Of a stretch of DNA of 64,000 bases, positions 54,125 to 64,000 are shown piece after piece (the stretch's first letter is position 1; the number at the start of each line of letters is the position of its first letter). Origin of the DNA: Schmidtea nova (Eukaryota); assembly GCA_044892505.1 (NCBI GenBank), contig CM097882.1:138136001-138200000 (forward strand), in the 5' to 3' direction. Below the pieces are notes generated by a model that did no database searches, was not told the DNA's origin, and worked only from the letters and a program-made list of their open reading frames with translations. The position numbers and the translations under genes were made by a program.

Positions 54125-57100
54125 TTATTTGAGGCATTCGCTATATCGTTTTTTGTATAGGGGTGTGATTATTGTGTCCTTGTCGAATAGTTTTATTGAG
54201 TTTTTGGTGTTGAATGAGATGTGTTTTTGTTTTGTTGGGGTTTTGTTTGGAGGGTTTTGGTTGTGGTCAATGTTGGATGGTGTTAGTTTGTTTTCGTAAA
54301 ATGGTTTTAATCGGCGTATGTTTATTTTAATTGACTTGTTGTCTTTTACGATAGTACCGACGTTTTTGTACAAATTTAGTAATTTGTATGGACCTTCATA
54401 TTTTGTTTCGAAACCACTTGTGAAAGGTTTCTTTATTAAGACTTTGTCTATTATTAGTCTGGTTTGGTTTTGTGTTTGTTGACAGTTTTTGTTTTTCGGG
54501 GTGTTTTTTACTTTGGTCATTTGTGGTTCGTTGAATTTGTAGTTTGTCTCAACTTTGTTTTCTGTTTCGTCTTTTAAGTTTGGCAGGTTTGTGTTGTGTC
54601 CAAATACCAATTGGCTAGGACTTTTGTTGTTTGAGCTTGAAGGGTTGTTGCGCAATCCGATCAAAATTTCTGGTAATTTTCCCAACCAGTTATCGTTATT
54701 GTTAGTTTTTGTTCTGATTGCTTGTTTTATAGATTGGTGTAATCTTTCCACTTTTCCGTTTGATTGGGGGTTATACGCTGTTGTTCTGTTTTTCTTAATG
54801 TTATATTTATTACACAGTCCTTTAAAAATGTCGGATTCAAATTGTCTACCTTGATCGCTGATTATTGTTTTTGGGCAACCATACCGTGCGAACCAATTTA
54901 GTTCTAATTTGTTGCAAATCTTTGCTGCGGATATTTCCTTTATGGGTGTGGCTTCAAACCAGTTTGTTTTGCGATCTATTATTGTTAACAAATACTTGTG
55001 TTTGTTATTGGGTGGTAGAGGTCCGACTATGTCGATGTGTATTGTTTCGAAAGGTTCCGAACTGGGAAATTGTACCACCGTTGTTTTAAATTGTTTTTTC
55101 GTTATTTTGTTCTTTTGACACTGTGGGCAGTTTCTAACAAAGGTTTTTACGTCCCTTCTCATATAAGGCCAGATTACTTTGGTATGCAAAAGTTCATATG
55201 TGGCTTTGTTTCCTGGGTGGTAAAGGTTGTGATATTTCTGTAGGTACTGTTCGCGTAATTCAGGCGGTACAATGATTCTTTTATTATTGTCGTTTGAAGT
55301 GTCGTACCAGATTCCGTCTATTTCTTCCAATTTGAGCGAGTTCATCCTCGGAGACTCTGTTATGTTTTGTTTTTGTATAGGTTTTAGATTTTCTAACTCT
55401 ATGATTGGTGGTATGTTTAGTGCGTTGATATCAGTCTCGATTCTTGATAATGCGTCTGCACTTATATTAGCTGATCCTGCTATGTATTTAATTTTACAAT
55501 TGAATTGTGAAATATAATTCAATTGTCGTATTTGTCTCGGTGAAGGATTTCTCATATTCATTGCATTTATTAGGGGTTTATGATCGGTATAAACCTCGAA
55601 TTCTTTACCTTCCAGTAGGTATTGAAAGTGTCTGATCGTGTCGTGTAACGCTAATAACTCCCTGTCGAAAGTAGAGTATCTCATTTGATGCGTTTTCAAT
55701 TTCTTTGAAAAGAATGCTATGGGTCGTTTTTCATTGTTTTCCTCTTGGAATATAGTTCCTCCCATTGCTAGTCCTGAACAGTCTGTGTTGACTATGTATG
55801 GTAATTCCTGATTAGGGTAGCTTAGGATGCTTGCATTTTTCAGATTTTCTTTTGCTTGTTCAAATGCTGTTATTAGATTTTCGTTCCAATTTATTTTAAT
55901 ATTTCTCTTTATTTTGTTTAATTCGTTGAGAGGGGCTAACATTTCGCTACATTTTGGTATGTATTTGTGATAAAAGTTGATCATTCCCAGGAATCGTCTT
56001 AGTTCTTTTGTTGTTTTGGGTAATGGATAGTTTTTTATTGCTTTTATCTTGTCCTCTAGTGGTTTTGTTCCCGATTCGTTCAACAAGTGACCCAAGAATT
56101 GTATTTCAGTTTTTAAAAATTGGCATTTTTTTGTATTAATTTTTAGTTTGTGTTTGTTGAGTATTTCCAACACATTTCTTATGTTTTCGATGTGTTCCGA
56201 TTTGGTTGTGGACGCAATAAGTATGTCGTCTAGGTAAGCGACTGTATTTCGTTGGTTTCGCAGAATTTGGTCCATAAAACGTTGAAACGTTGCCGCAGCG
56301 TTTTTTAAACCAAAAGGCATTCTGTTGTATTCATAGAGGCCTAAGGGTGTGATGATCGCTGTTTTCTTTATGTCTTCCGCTCTGACGGGAATTTGATGGT
56401 AGGCTTTTTTCAAGTCGATTTTGCTGAAGAGTTTGGGTTTGTTGAATCGGTTAATTATATCATTTATGATGGGAATTGGATATTTGTCAGGTGTTGTGAT
56501 GCTGTTTAGTGCTCTGTAGTCTCCACAAGCACGCCATTCACCATTTGCTTTTTCTTTAAGCATGAGAGCTGAGGACCAATTTGAATTAGAATGTTTGACG
56601 ATTTGATTTTCTAATAATTCGTCAAATATTTTCTTTGTTATTTCGAGTTTATTTTTGTCCAACTGTCTGACTTTTGCATGCACAGGATTTCCATTGCTTA
56701 TTATTGCGTGTTCAGTTATGCATTTTGTTTCGCTAATTGTTTGTAGTTTGTTTGTTATGTTTGGCATTGTTTGTATCAGTTTCATGATTTCATTAGGAAT
56801 ATGCCCGTCCTTATTTTCTGATTTTAGTTTCTGCTCATTCGTTTTTATTTCACCATGTAGAGCTGTTATCACTCCAATGTCGCAGTTGGTTTGTTTTGTT
56901 GATTGGTTACTTTTGGGGGTTGAGTTATTTGAATCGTTTGATATAATTTTCCCATTTTTACAATCGACTAGTAAGTTGTATCTTGCGAGGAAATCTGCTC
57001 CTAATATGACTTGTTTCACTTCTGCGATGGTGAAATGCCACTTGTATTTTATATTATTGACGGAAATGTCGATGTTTTGTTTTCCGAATGTTTTGATAGG

Positions 57101-57259
57101 GCTGCCGTTTGCAGCACATAAACTTGCGGTTTCTGTTTTTGTGTTTTTGTAGAGGTAGTTCGGCAGTAAGGAAATTATTGAACCTGTATCAACGAGAAAG
57201 TTAATACCGTTGCTGTGCACCGTGAATGTTTGGCTGTCACCAATGGTCGGTGCGATCAT
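54125..57259 (-). CDS. pol: Gypsy Pol (PR-RT-RNase H-IN)
   Basis: LVDTGS, AYLDDILI, IVNTDCSG, HNLYHPG...CPQC, HIDIVGP/SDQG/NGKVERLH, GPY. Confidence 0.95.
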   Translation of the reverse strand: MIAPTIGDSQTFTVHSNGINFLVDTGSIISLLPNYLYKNTKTETASLCAANGSPIKTFGKQNIDISVNNIKYKWHFTIAEVKQVILGADFLARYNLLVDCKNGKIISNDSNNSTPKSNQSTKQTNCDIGVITALHGEIKTNEQKLKSENKDGHIPNEIMKLIQTMPNITNKLQTISETKCITEHAIISNGNPVHAKVRQLDKNKLEITKKIFDELLENQIVKHSNSNWSSALMLKEKANGEWRACGDYRALNSITTPDKYPIPIINDIINRFNKPKLFSKIDLKKAYHQIPVRAEDIKKTAIITPLGLYEYNRMPFGLKNAAATFQRFMDQILRNQRNTVAYLDDILIASTTKSEHIENIRNVLEILNKHKLKINTKKCQFLKTEIQFLGHLLNESGTKPLEDKIKAIKNYPLPKTTKELRRFLGMINFYHKYIPKCSEMLAPLNELNKIKRNIKINWNENLITAFEQAKENLKNASILSYPNQELPYIVNTDCSGLAMGGTIFQEENNEKRPIAFFSKKLKTHQMRYSTFDRELLALHDTIRHFQYLLEGKEFEVYTDHKPLINAMNMRNPSPRQIRQLNYISQFNCKIKYIAGSANISADALSRIETDINALNIPPIIELENLKPIQKQNITESPRMNSLKLEEIDGIWYDTSNDNNKRIIVPPELREQYLQKYHNLYHPGNKATYELLHTKVIWPYMRRDVKTFVRNCPQCQKNKITKKQFKTTVVQFPSSEPFETIHIDIVGPLPPNNKHKYLLTIIDRKTNWFEATPIKEISAAKICNKLELNWFARYGCPKTIISDQGRQFESDIFKGLCNKYNIKKNRTTAYNPQSNGKVERLHQSIKQAIRTKTNNNDNWLGKLPEILIGLRNNPSSSNNKSPSQLVFGHNTNLPNLKDETENKVETNYKFNEPQMTKVKNTPKNKNCQQTQNQTRLIIDKVLIKKPFTSGFETKYEGPYKLLNLYKNVGTIVKDNKSIKINIRRLKPFYENKLTPSNIDHNQNPPNKTPTKQKHISFNTKNSIKLFDKDTIITPLYKKRYSECLK

Positions 57260-57267
57260 TGGTGACT

Positions 57268-58326
57268 TTATATGTTTTCCGGCTTTTTATTGGTGAAAGT
57301 GCAAGGTGCGTTGCACTTGTACGCCTTGTCTCCAAATCTATTGTGAAAATAACACCAATTTTCATTTTGTATGTAGCTGTTGCTTGAGTTATTATATCGG
57401 TTAAAATTTGGTTTTTGCTCTGTTGGGTTGTTATGGTTATTTTGGTAACGGTTAAAGTTAGGGTTTTGTTCTGAACGGTTGTTTTGATTGATTTGGTTTC
57501 TTTTGGTTTCTCTCGCTTGTGCCTCTTGTAAGTCATTCCTGAGGTTCTTGTTTTCTGTTAGGACCTCGTCAACTTTTTTTATTAACGAGTTCAGCAGTAG
57601 ATTGGTATCATTGTTTGGGTTATCTCGATCTTGAAGGTTTTCCTGCTTGTTTTCCCACGGGTGTTGTTTTCGGTATGTTCTACATACAGTTGGGAATATT
57701 TCGTCATTAATTTTGTCCGCGATATCGGCTATTTTGTCGAGGTCTGTGCAGTCGTTTGCCACTAAGATGCGTCTAATTTCCTGCGGCATTGCCCTCATGA
57801 ATAGGTCTTTCACGAAATCGTTTTGACCCGCACTTGTGATTTTGGGTTGCAAAAATTCCAGTTTGCTTTTTAGATTTCGCAGAAATTCGCTTGGTTTGTC
57901 ATTTCCCAGCTGTATATCTTTTAGACAAGACTCCAAAACTTCCCTCCTGTTCCCCTTATTTCTATTTACTAAGGTTGTGTATAGTAGGTTAAATGGGTCG
58001 TCGCTATTCGCTATTTCGTCGATTCGATCTGCTATTTCATTTAGAATATTGCTAGGTAGAGCGGCTATTATGTGGGAGCATAAGCTTTTTGTCGATTTGA
58101 TTCCTGACAGTGTCAATGTTAGTTTTGAGAACTCTAGCCATTTTTGGGGTGTGCCGTTCTCATCTGTAAAGTAGTTTGGAATGTTTGCCTTGGGGTTTAT
58201 TATCGAATTTATGGTGTGGTGGTTTTCAGGGGTGTAAAAATAGCTGGTATTCTCTTGTTGATTGGGTATGGTTTCGTAGTTGTGTGTTTGGGGATTGTTT
58301 GTTAGATTTTGTTGGTTTGATGCCAT
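57268..58326 (-). CDS. gag: Gypsy Gag; pol lies in the -1 frame with slippery G-GAA-AAC at 57280-57274
   Basis: Gag core plus terminal CYFHNRFGDKAYKC motif. A -1 shift at GGAAAAC reads GGA AAA CAT ATA AAG TCA CCA ATG into the pol frame. Confidence 0.85.
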   Translation of the reverse strand: MASNQQNLTNNPQTHNYETIPNQQENTSYFYTPENHHTINSIINPKANIPNYFTDENGTPQKWLEFSKLTLTLSGIKSTKSLCSHIIAALPSNILNEIADRIDEIANSDDPFNLLYTTLVNRNKGNRREVLESCLKDIQLGNDKPSEFLRNLKSKLEFLQPKITSAGQNDFVKDLFMRAMPQEIRRILVANDCTDLDKIADIADKINDEIFPTVCRTYRKQHPWENKQENLQDRDNPNNDTNLLLNSLIKKVDEVLTENKNLRNDLQEAQARETKRNQINQNNRSEQNPNFNRYQNNHNNPTEQKPNFNRYNNSSNSYIQNENWCYFHNRFGDKAYKCNAPCTFTNKKPENI

Positions 58327-59454
58327 TTGTCTTTATGTGTAGTGTTGTTTTGTTTCTTTATTTTTTTAAATGTGCAGAAAAAAATGAGATTAACTGAAGG
58401 ATATAGCCTACTGTGTTCGGCTAACAGAGTCAACTATCCTTTATAGCTCTATCTATAGCTATTCTAAAAGGCGTAGTGATTGAAAAAAAAATGAGAATCG
58501 GCGAGTGTGTGTTATGTTTTTTTTTCCTTCTGACACCAGTTATTATAAGTATCTTGTTAGGTAGAAATGTCATGTGAGGGAAATATGTAAGGGCCCAAAA
58601 GAGTCTCCCAAAGAAAAATTGAATTGTGGGGACAATTGGGGTGCGTGATATATATATATATTTTGCGTGATAGTTCTACAATTAAATATAACAAATTATA
58701 AAAAAAACAATAGAATGAACAGAACTATTAATCAAGTTATCAAATTTTATTAAAAGTTGAACAATAAAGAAAAAAACAACGAACTATTACTTTGATTTTT
58801 TTTTTGAGTGTGGGATAATACTGTTATTGGATAATAATTGTTTATGGCGGCGAAGTGCTGTCCGAATGAGGATTGTGGACTAGAGATCGTTTCTTTTATT
58901 TCTATTCTTTGTAAAGATCTTTTGGATTTGTTAGATTTTCAAGCGGGATAATAATGTTTATGGATATTAATGGTTTATGAATAATAATGGTTTCTGTAGG
59001 CGAAATGCAGTCCGAATGAGGATGGTGGACTAGAAAGTATTTCTTTTGTTACTATTCTTCGTAAAGATCTTTGGTATTTGTTCGATTTTCAAGCGGGATA
59101 ATACTGTTTATGGATAACAATGGTTTATTTTCCTTGGTTTTGCAGATTAGGGAATTATTAGGAATTAATCTTAGGACTTAATTTTAGTAGCTTCTTTTTC
59201 GATTGATTCTTTTTCTTCCTTGGTAATAATTTTTTATTGATTTTTTTAAATTTAAATTTTTAATTTTTAATTCTATTTTAATTATAAGGTTGATAATAAT
59301 AATAATTGTAATAATGAGATTAAAATCAATTGTCCAATACCCGACCAAATGGGGGGGCCTCCGCACTCCATACGCTACCCAAAATCGCAACAATTACTCT
59401 AACAATAAAAATACCCATAAAAAAACATAATTACAATAAACCTTTGAGTACAAC

Positions 59455-59490
<36 letters not shown>

Positions 59491-61689
59491 TGCGTGTGTA
59501 TGTGTGAATGCCTTCTGAGCTCGATATCTTGTATGCTTGAAATTATTATTTCAATAGTCGATAACAACTTTGAAATTCTTCTTACGCAGATTTTATGGGT
59601 GATTTGACTGAAAAATCAGTCAGTTTATATACTAAATTTTAAGGCACTTAATCTGTCAATAATGATTGTTATTTTGCTTCTTGAGTTGATTGAAATTGTT
59701 TTGAAAATAGAGTTGTTTTCAAAATAGAATTGTTTTTAAAATTATTTTTTAACCTTGGAATTTTATTTCATTTTGCTGACCTTTGTAGGTCATAAATATA
59801 ATTTATTTAAACAAACAGTAATTTATTTATTTTTAATTTATTTAAACAATCTGTATTATTTATTTATTTTATTATTATTATTATAATTTATTGAATTAAA
59901 ATATTAAAATATAAATGAAAATATAATCCATTTTCCATATAGTTTAAAAAAATATTTTTACATAAAATATTTTCAAAACAAAATATTCTTTCAAAATTAT
60001 ATAAAATTTTATCCATCACCATAAAAAATGTCAATAAATGTTTGCAAGATCATAAATGATAAATTGTCATGCCGATAAATTGTCATTACAAAAATTAATT
60101 GTCAACAATATTTTATTAACAGTAGCAAAATAAAATTATCCCATAAAATAAAAATTGTCAGATAGTCACAGCTTAATCACATAATTGTCATGAATATACA
60201 ATAGATAATTATCATCATAAAACAAAAGTCAAATAATATCAACAGTAAAATATCATCATATATAATCACTAAAATCATAATGTCATCGAAGATGATATTT
60301 TCCATTGATTATTAAATTGTCATTGCCATCCGATCCACATGTATATTTATTCTGTACCTTCCATTTCCCACTGTATAATATTTTAATTTTAAAACCCCTA
60401 TTCTACGCCCATCTTCTAACACTGATGTGCAGTCTGTCGTGTATTTCCACTTGCATGCAATGAAAATTCTTCCAATTGTCAATAATTATCTTCAAATTTA
60501 CTAGAAAAAATCAGAATACTTTGATAACTTTAACCACTTAATCTTTTTCAAGATTTTTGTTAAGGAAAAAATTATCATATAATTTTATTATTGAAATGAG
60601 TTCAGGGATCAATTATCGATCTCCACTAATTTCAAAATTGCGAGTAATCTTCTGGACCAATCTCAATGTACCTAGTGTCTTTCGACTCAAAAAAATGCCC
60701 CATCTTGTGATCCAAAAATATTTCAAAAATTATTGATATTTAAATACTTTTTTCCCAACAACTGCATCAACCTAGAGTTAATTTTCATTACCCATGTTAA
60801 AATCAAGTGCCCTTTCTGCCCATGTGAAAACATTTTTAAAAACAACCGATTTTTTTATTTTACACCTTCTGCACTTCAACTTTTTCATAAGTGCTTGAAA
60901 TTATTTTCAAGATATTTATAGCTCATTTTATCTGAAAAATATTCTCTATAAGTTGATATATAAAAGTTTGTTATAATATTAATTTTAATTTTTTGCACAC
61001 TGTACACTTCAACTTTTTCATAGGTGCTCAATTATTATTTTAACATTATATTACATCAATCTTCTTGAAAACTTATTTTTCTATAATCTCTTAATTTTGG
61101 TTATAATATTGTACATTTCATGTTTTCTGAAACTGTTAGACATTATTTTCAACTATTATATAGTTCGTTCTATTCAAAATTTAATTCTCTACAAGATTCT
61201 TTTTAAACTTATTAGAATATTGATTTTTAAATTTTCTCCTCACTGCACTTTGATTTTTTCACAACTTCTCAAATTATTTTTCAACAAATTTTTATATGAT
61301 TCAACTTGTAATTTATTTATCTACAAAACCCTAATAATAACTTTTGAATCAATATTATGTTAATAATCTATTTTTCCAACAAAATTATATTAAGACAATA
61401 ATTTTTAACTAATAACTAGGGTAATCAAAACATGCAAAGTTCTTTAACTAAAATATTTACAGTTTCATTTTTTTGTAATCAACACATTCTTGACATTTGT
61501 ACAACAAATTAATTTCTAAAGTATGTTAGTTTGTTTTTCGAAACCATATATCAGAAATCTATGATTTATAATAAAAAATATTGATTCCAGTAAATTGATA
61601 GATTTTTAGATGTGCGATTTCTTGAGCACTATTCAAGATTTCGTCTTTAATTTCTAGATAAATCTCAATAATTTAAACTTCACCAAATT

Positions 61690-63800
61690 AGACATTATCA
61701 AAGTCTACCACCAGATACCGATTGCGAAAGAAGACAGACACAAAACTGCAGTGATAACCAAAATTTGGATTATTCCAATATAATATGATGCCTTTTGACT
61801 TACGGAATGCATCTCAGACATTCCAACAACACATAAATAACATTCTCAGAGATTTGCAATCATTCTGTGTCACTCATGTAGATGATGTCCTAATATTTTC
61901 AGACAGCCTGGAGAACCATAAATCTCACGTCAGAACAGTTCTGAAAAATCTTTATGCAGCCGGTCTCAAAGTGAACATTTTTAAATGCAAATTTAATAAT
62001 GAAAGAATCCAATTTCTTAGATTCGAATTGAACAAAGACGGAGTCAGAGCATCTCAAGAAAGAACTTCAAACATTCTTCAAATAGAAAAACTACAAAGTG
62101 TACGCATGCTAAGAAGCTTCATTAGCGCCATCGGATATTACCACTGGTTGACTCTATATCTATCTGATACTTTGGCTCCATTGCATGATATAATAACGAA
62201 AGCTGCAGCAGACAAGAAAAAGTTCATTTGGAACGAAATTCATGATAGCACATTTGAACAAGCTAAAGAAGCCCTATGAAAAACAGTACCTACTGGATAT
62301 CCAGACCAATCCAGGCCATTCATACTATGCACGGATGCAAGCCTAAATCAAACAGGTACAGAAAACCGTCTAATACCAAGTGCATTTTTCTCAGACGCTG
62401 TCCAAATCCAAAATGAAATATTCGACATTTGACAGGGAAGTTTTGACTGTTAGCAATACAACTTGCAACGAAACACTTCAAATACAATCTCCTAGCCTCT
62501 TCATTCACAATAAATACTGACCACAAACCACTCATTCACATAATGTCGATGAAAAAGCCATCTACAAGATAATTAAGAATCATTGAACATCTATCTCAGT
62601 TTACCTCCAAGATCGAATATATAAAAGGCAAAGAGAATGCAACTGCTGACCTGCTATCAAGACAACATTCTATGGAGATAGACATGATCCAGATGGATGC
62701 AATCAATACCTTTGAGAATGCAAATCTCCTAACAGAACAAAAGTCCGACAAGTCATTGGCAAACCTAAAAATGGTATCCTAGTAGATATCAGTCTGGGGA
62801 AGCTAAGAATCATCCTTCCAAAATCACTCAGATTCCAGGAATTTCAAAGGCTACATAGCATCTCACATCCTGGTTACAAATCAATGATGCGATTATTAGC
62901 ATCAAGATACGTTTGGCAAGAAATATGATCTGATGTTAGAACTTGGAATCGTCATTGTCAGAAATGTCAACAATCAAAGATAAGTCGTCATACCAAGATC
63001 CCTCTCGGAGATATTCCAAAAACTGAGCGATTCAAAACCATTCACATTGATCTCGTAGGACAACTAACCCCAGTAAACAATAAAAAAGTCTTCCTTACAA
63101 TGATCGATAGATCAACGTCGTGGGGGAAACCATTTCAATTAATGAAATCTAATGTGATAACAATAATGAATAGAGAATGGATAAGTAGATACAGTGTACC
63201 TGAAGTTATCATCAGTGATCAAGGGTCGCAAATTGTATTTACCTTATTTTACAATATTTGCAGAAATATGGACATTGAACGTAAAAAACTACAGCATATC
63301 ATCCACAATGCAATGGGAAGGTGGAAATATGGCGCCGAAGTCTCAAGAACTCGCTCAAGGCTCATGCGGAAGATGCAAATAAAACATGGGATCATGATCT
63401 CCCGACAATACTACTAGGTTTACGCAGCTGTTGCACCTAGATAATTCCTCATCGTCAATTAAACTCGTGTTTGGAACTAAACTCAGATTATCTGGCGATT
63501 TATCGATCACAACATCAGACGTTGACGAAGAAGAATCCAATACCCTAATAATCTACAATCCCATATCAAAAGAAAGGAAGAAAGATCCAAAACAAAACAA
63601 TTCCATACAGAAAGAGCTGGTCATATGCATCATGGTATGGTTACATAAACCAATCACCAAAAGACTCGATCTTGCATATGATGATCCGTTTAACGTAGTG
63701 GACTCAAGACATTTAAAATATCAATATACGACAAAAACAAAATCGTCTCTGCTGATCGACTGCGAGCAAGAATAGAGCCAGAACTCAATCTTTGAGGGGA
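61690..63800 (+). pseudogene. Decayed Gypsy pol (RT-RH-IN), followed by PPT GAGGGGGAG and LTR start TGTTGG at 63806
   Basis: YHQIPIA.EDRHKTAVIT, MPFDLRNASQTFQ, HVDDVLIFS, CTDAS, TDHKPL, HIDLVG and SDQGSQ in shifting frames. Confidence 0.85.
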
Positions 63801-64000
63801 GTTATGTTGGATTTAATTAACTCATTTTGTAAATTAATTCCAAACTTCTCTAAAACATCTATAAACAGTTAAAATTTGTTTACATATGTAGATAATTGTA
63901 ATAAAGAGATTTATAAATAATGTCCATAGTTTTTTGATAAACTTAACAGACATTTCCCTGTTTTGAAAAATATTATTGTTTAGTTATCATTTTTATCTAT

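Larger units (their letters stand above)
52988..59457 (-). mobile_element. Apparently intact Ty3/Gypsy LTR retrotransposon (~6.5 kb) inserted in a (TA)n tract
   Basis: LTRs 52988-53903 and 58548-59457 (TGTGTTG start on minus); PBS TGGTGTCAGAAG (tRNA-Leu type, 58538-58527); PPT AAAGGGGGAAG (53917-53907); (TA)n on both flanks. Confidence 0.92.

Noticed and set aside
59700-61680. AATTGTCA-rich, AT-rich stretch and short ORFs
   Set aside because: Low-complexity with no clear period, termini or coding motif.

Overview
AT-rich eukaryotic, transposon-dense DNA with no intact ordinary host gene. Composition and element types suggest a planarian or flatworm-like invertebrate; this is an inference. 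The window is dominated by a very young giant (~29 kb) Ty3/Gypsy LTR retroelement at ~16163-45604. It is bounded by near-identical 4210-bp direct repeats and has a tRNA-Pro-type primer-binding site. Its two big ORFs lie in one reading frame separated by a single TAA. ORF1 encodes Gag plus a long extension with putative ubiquitin-like domains and an AT-hook. ORF2 (3352 aa) has the unusual order: chuvirus-like fusion glycoprotein (Env), PR, RT, RNase H, IN, ankyrin repeats, then a second membrane protein with four FN3-like repeats. Downstream is an operon-like string of intronless accessory ORFs, including a full TRAF (RING-Zn-CC-MATH), separated by ~80-125-nt spacers with splice-acceptor-like AGs right before each ATG. 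An IAP-type RING ORF and three tandem arrays sit in the 5' leader, and further ORFs sit inside the terminal repeats. The rest of the window holds a tandemly repeated chimeric ubiquitin/Hsp90/BEL-Pao-gag unit (~619-6200), two long palindromes, Merlin, hAT and mariner relics, a solo LTR and a hAT MITE with clean TSDs, an apparently intact 6.5-kb Gypsy in a (TA)n tract, and a decayed Gypsy pol. All family assignments come from motif recognition by eye; no database searches were run.
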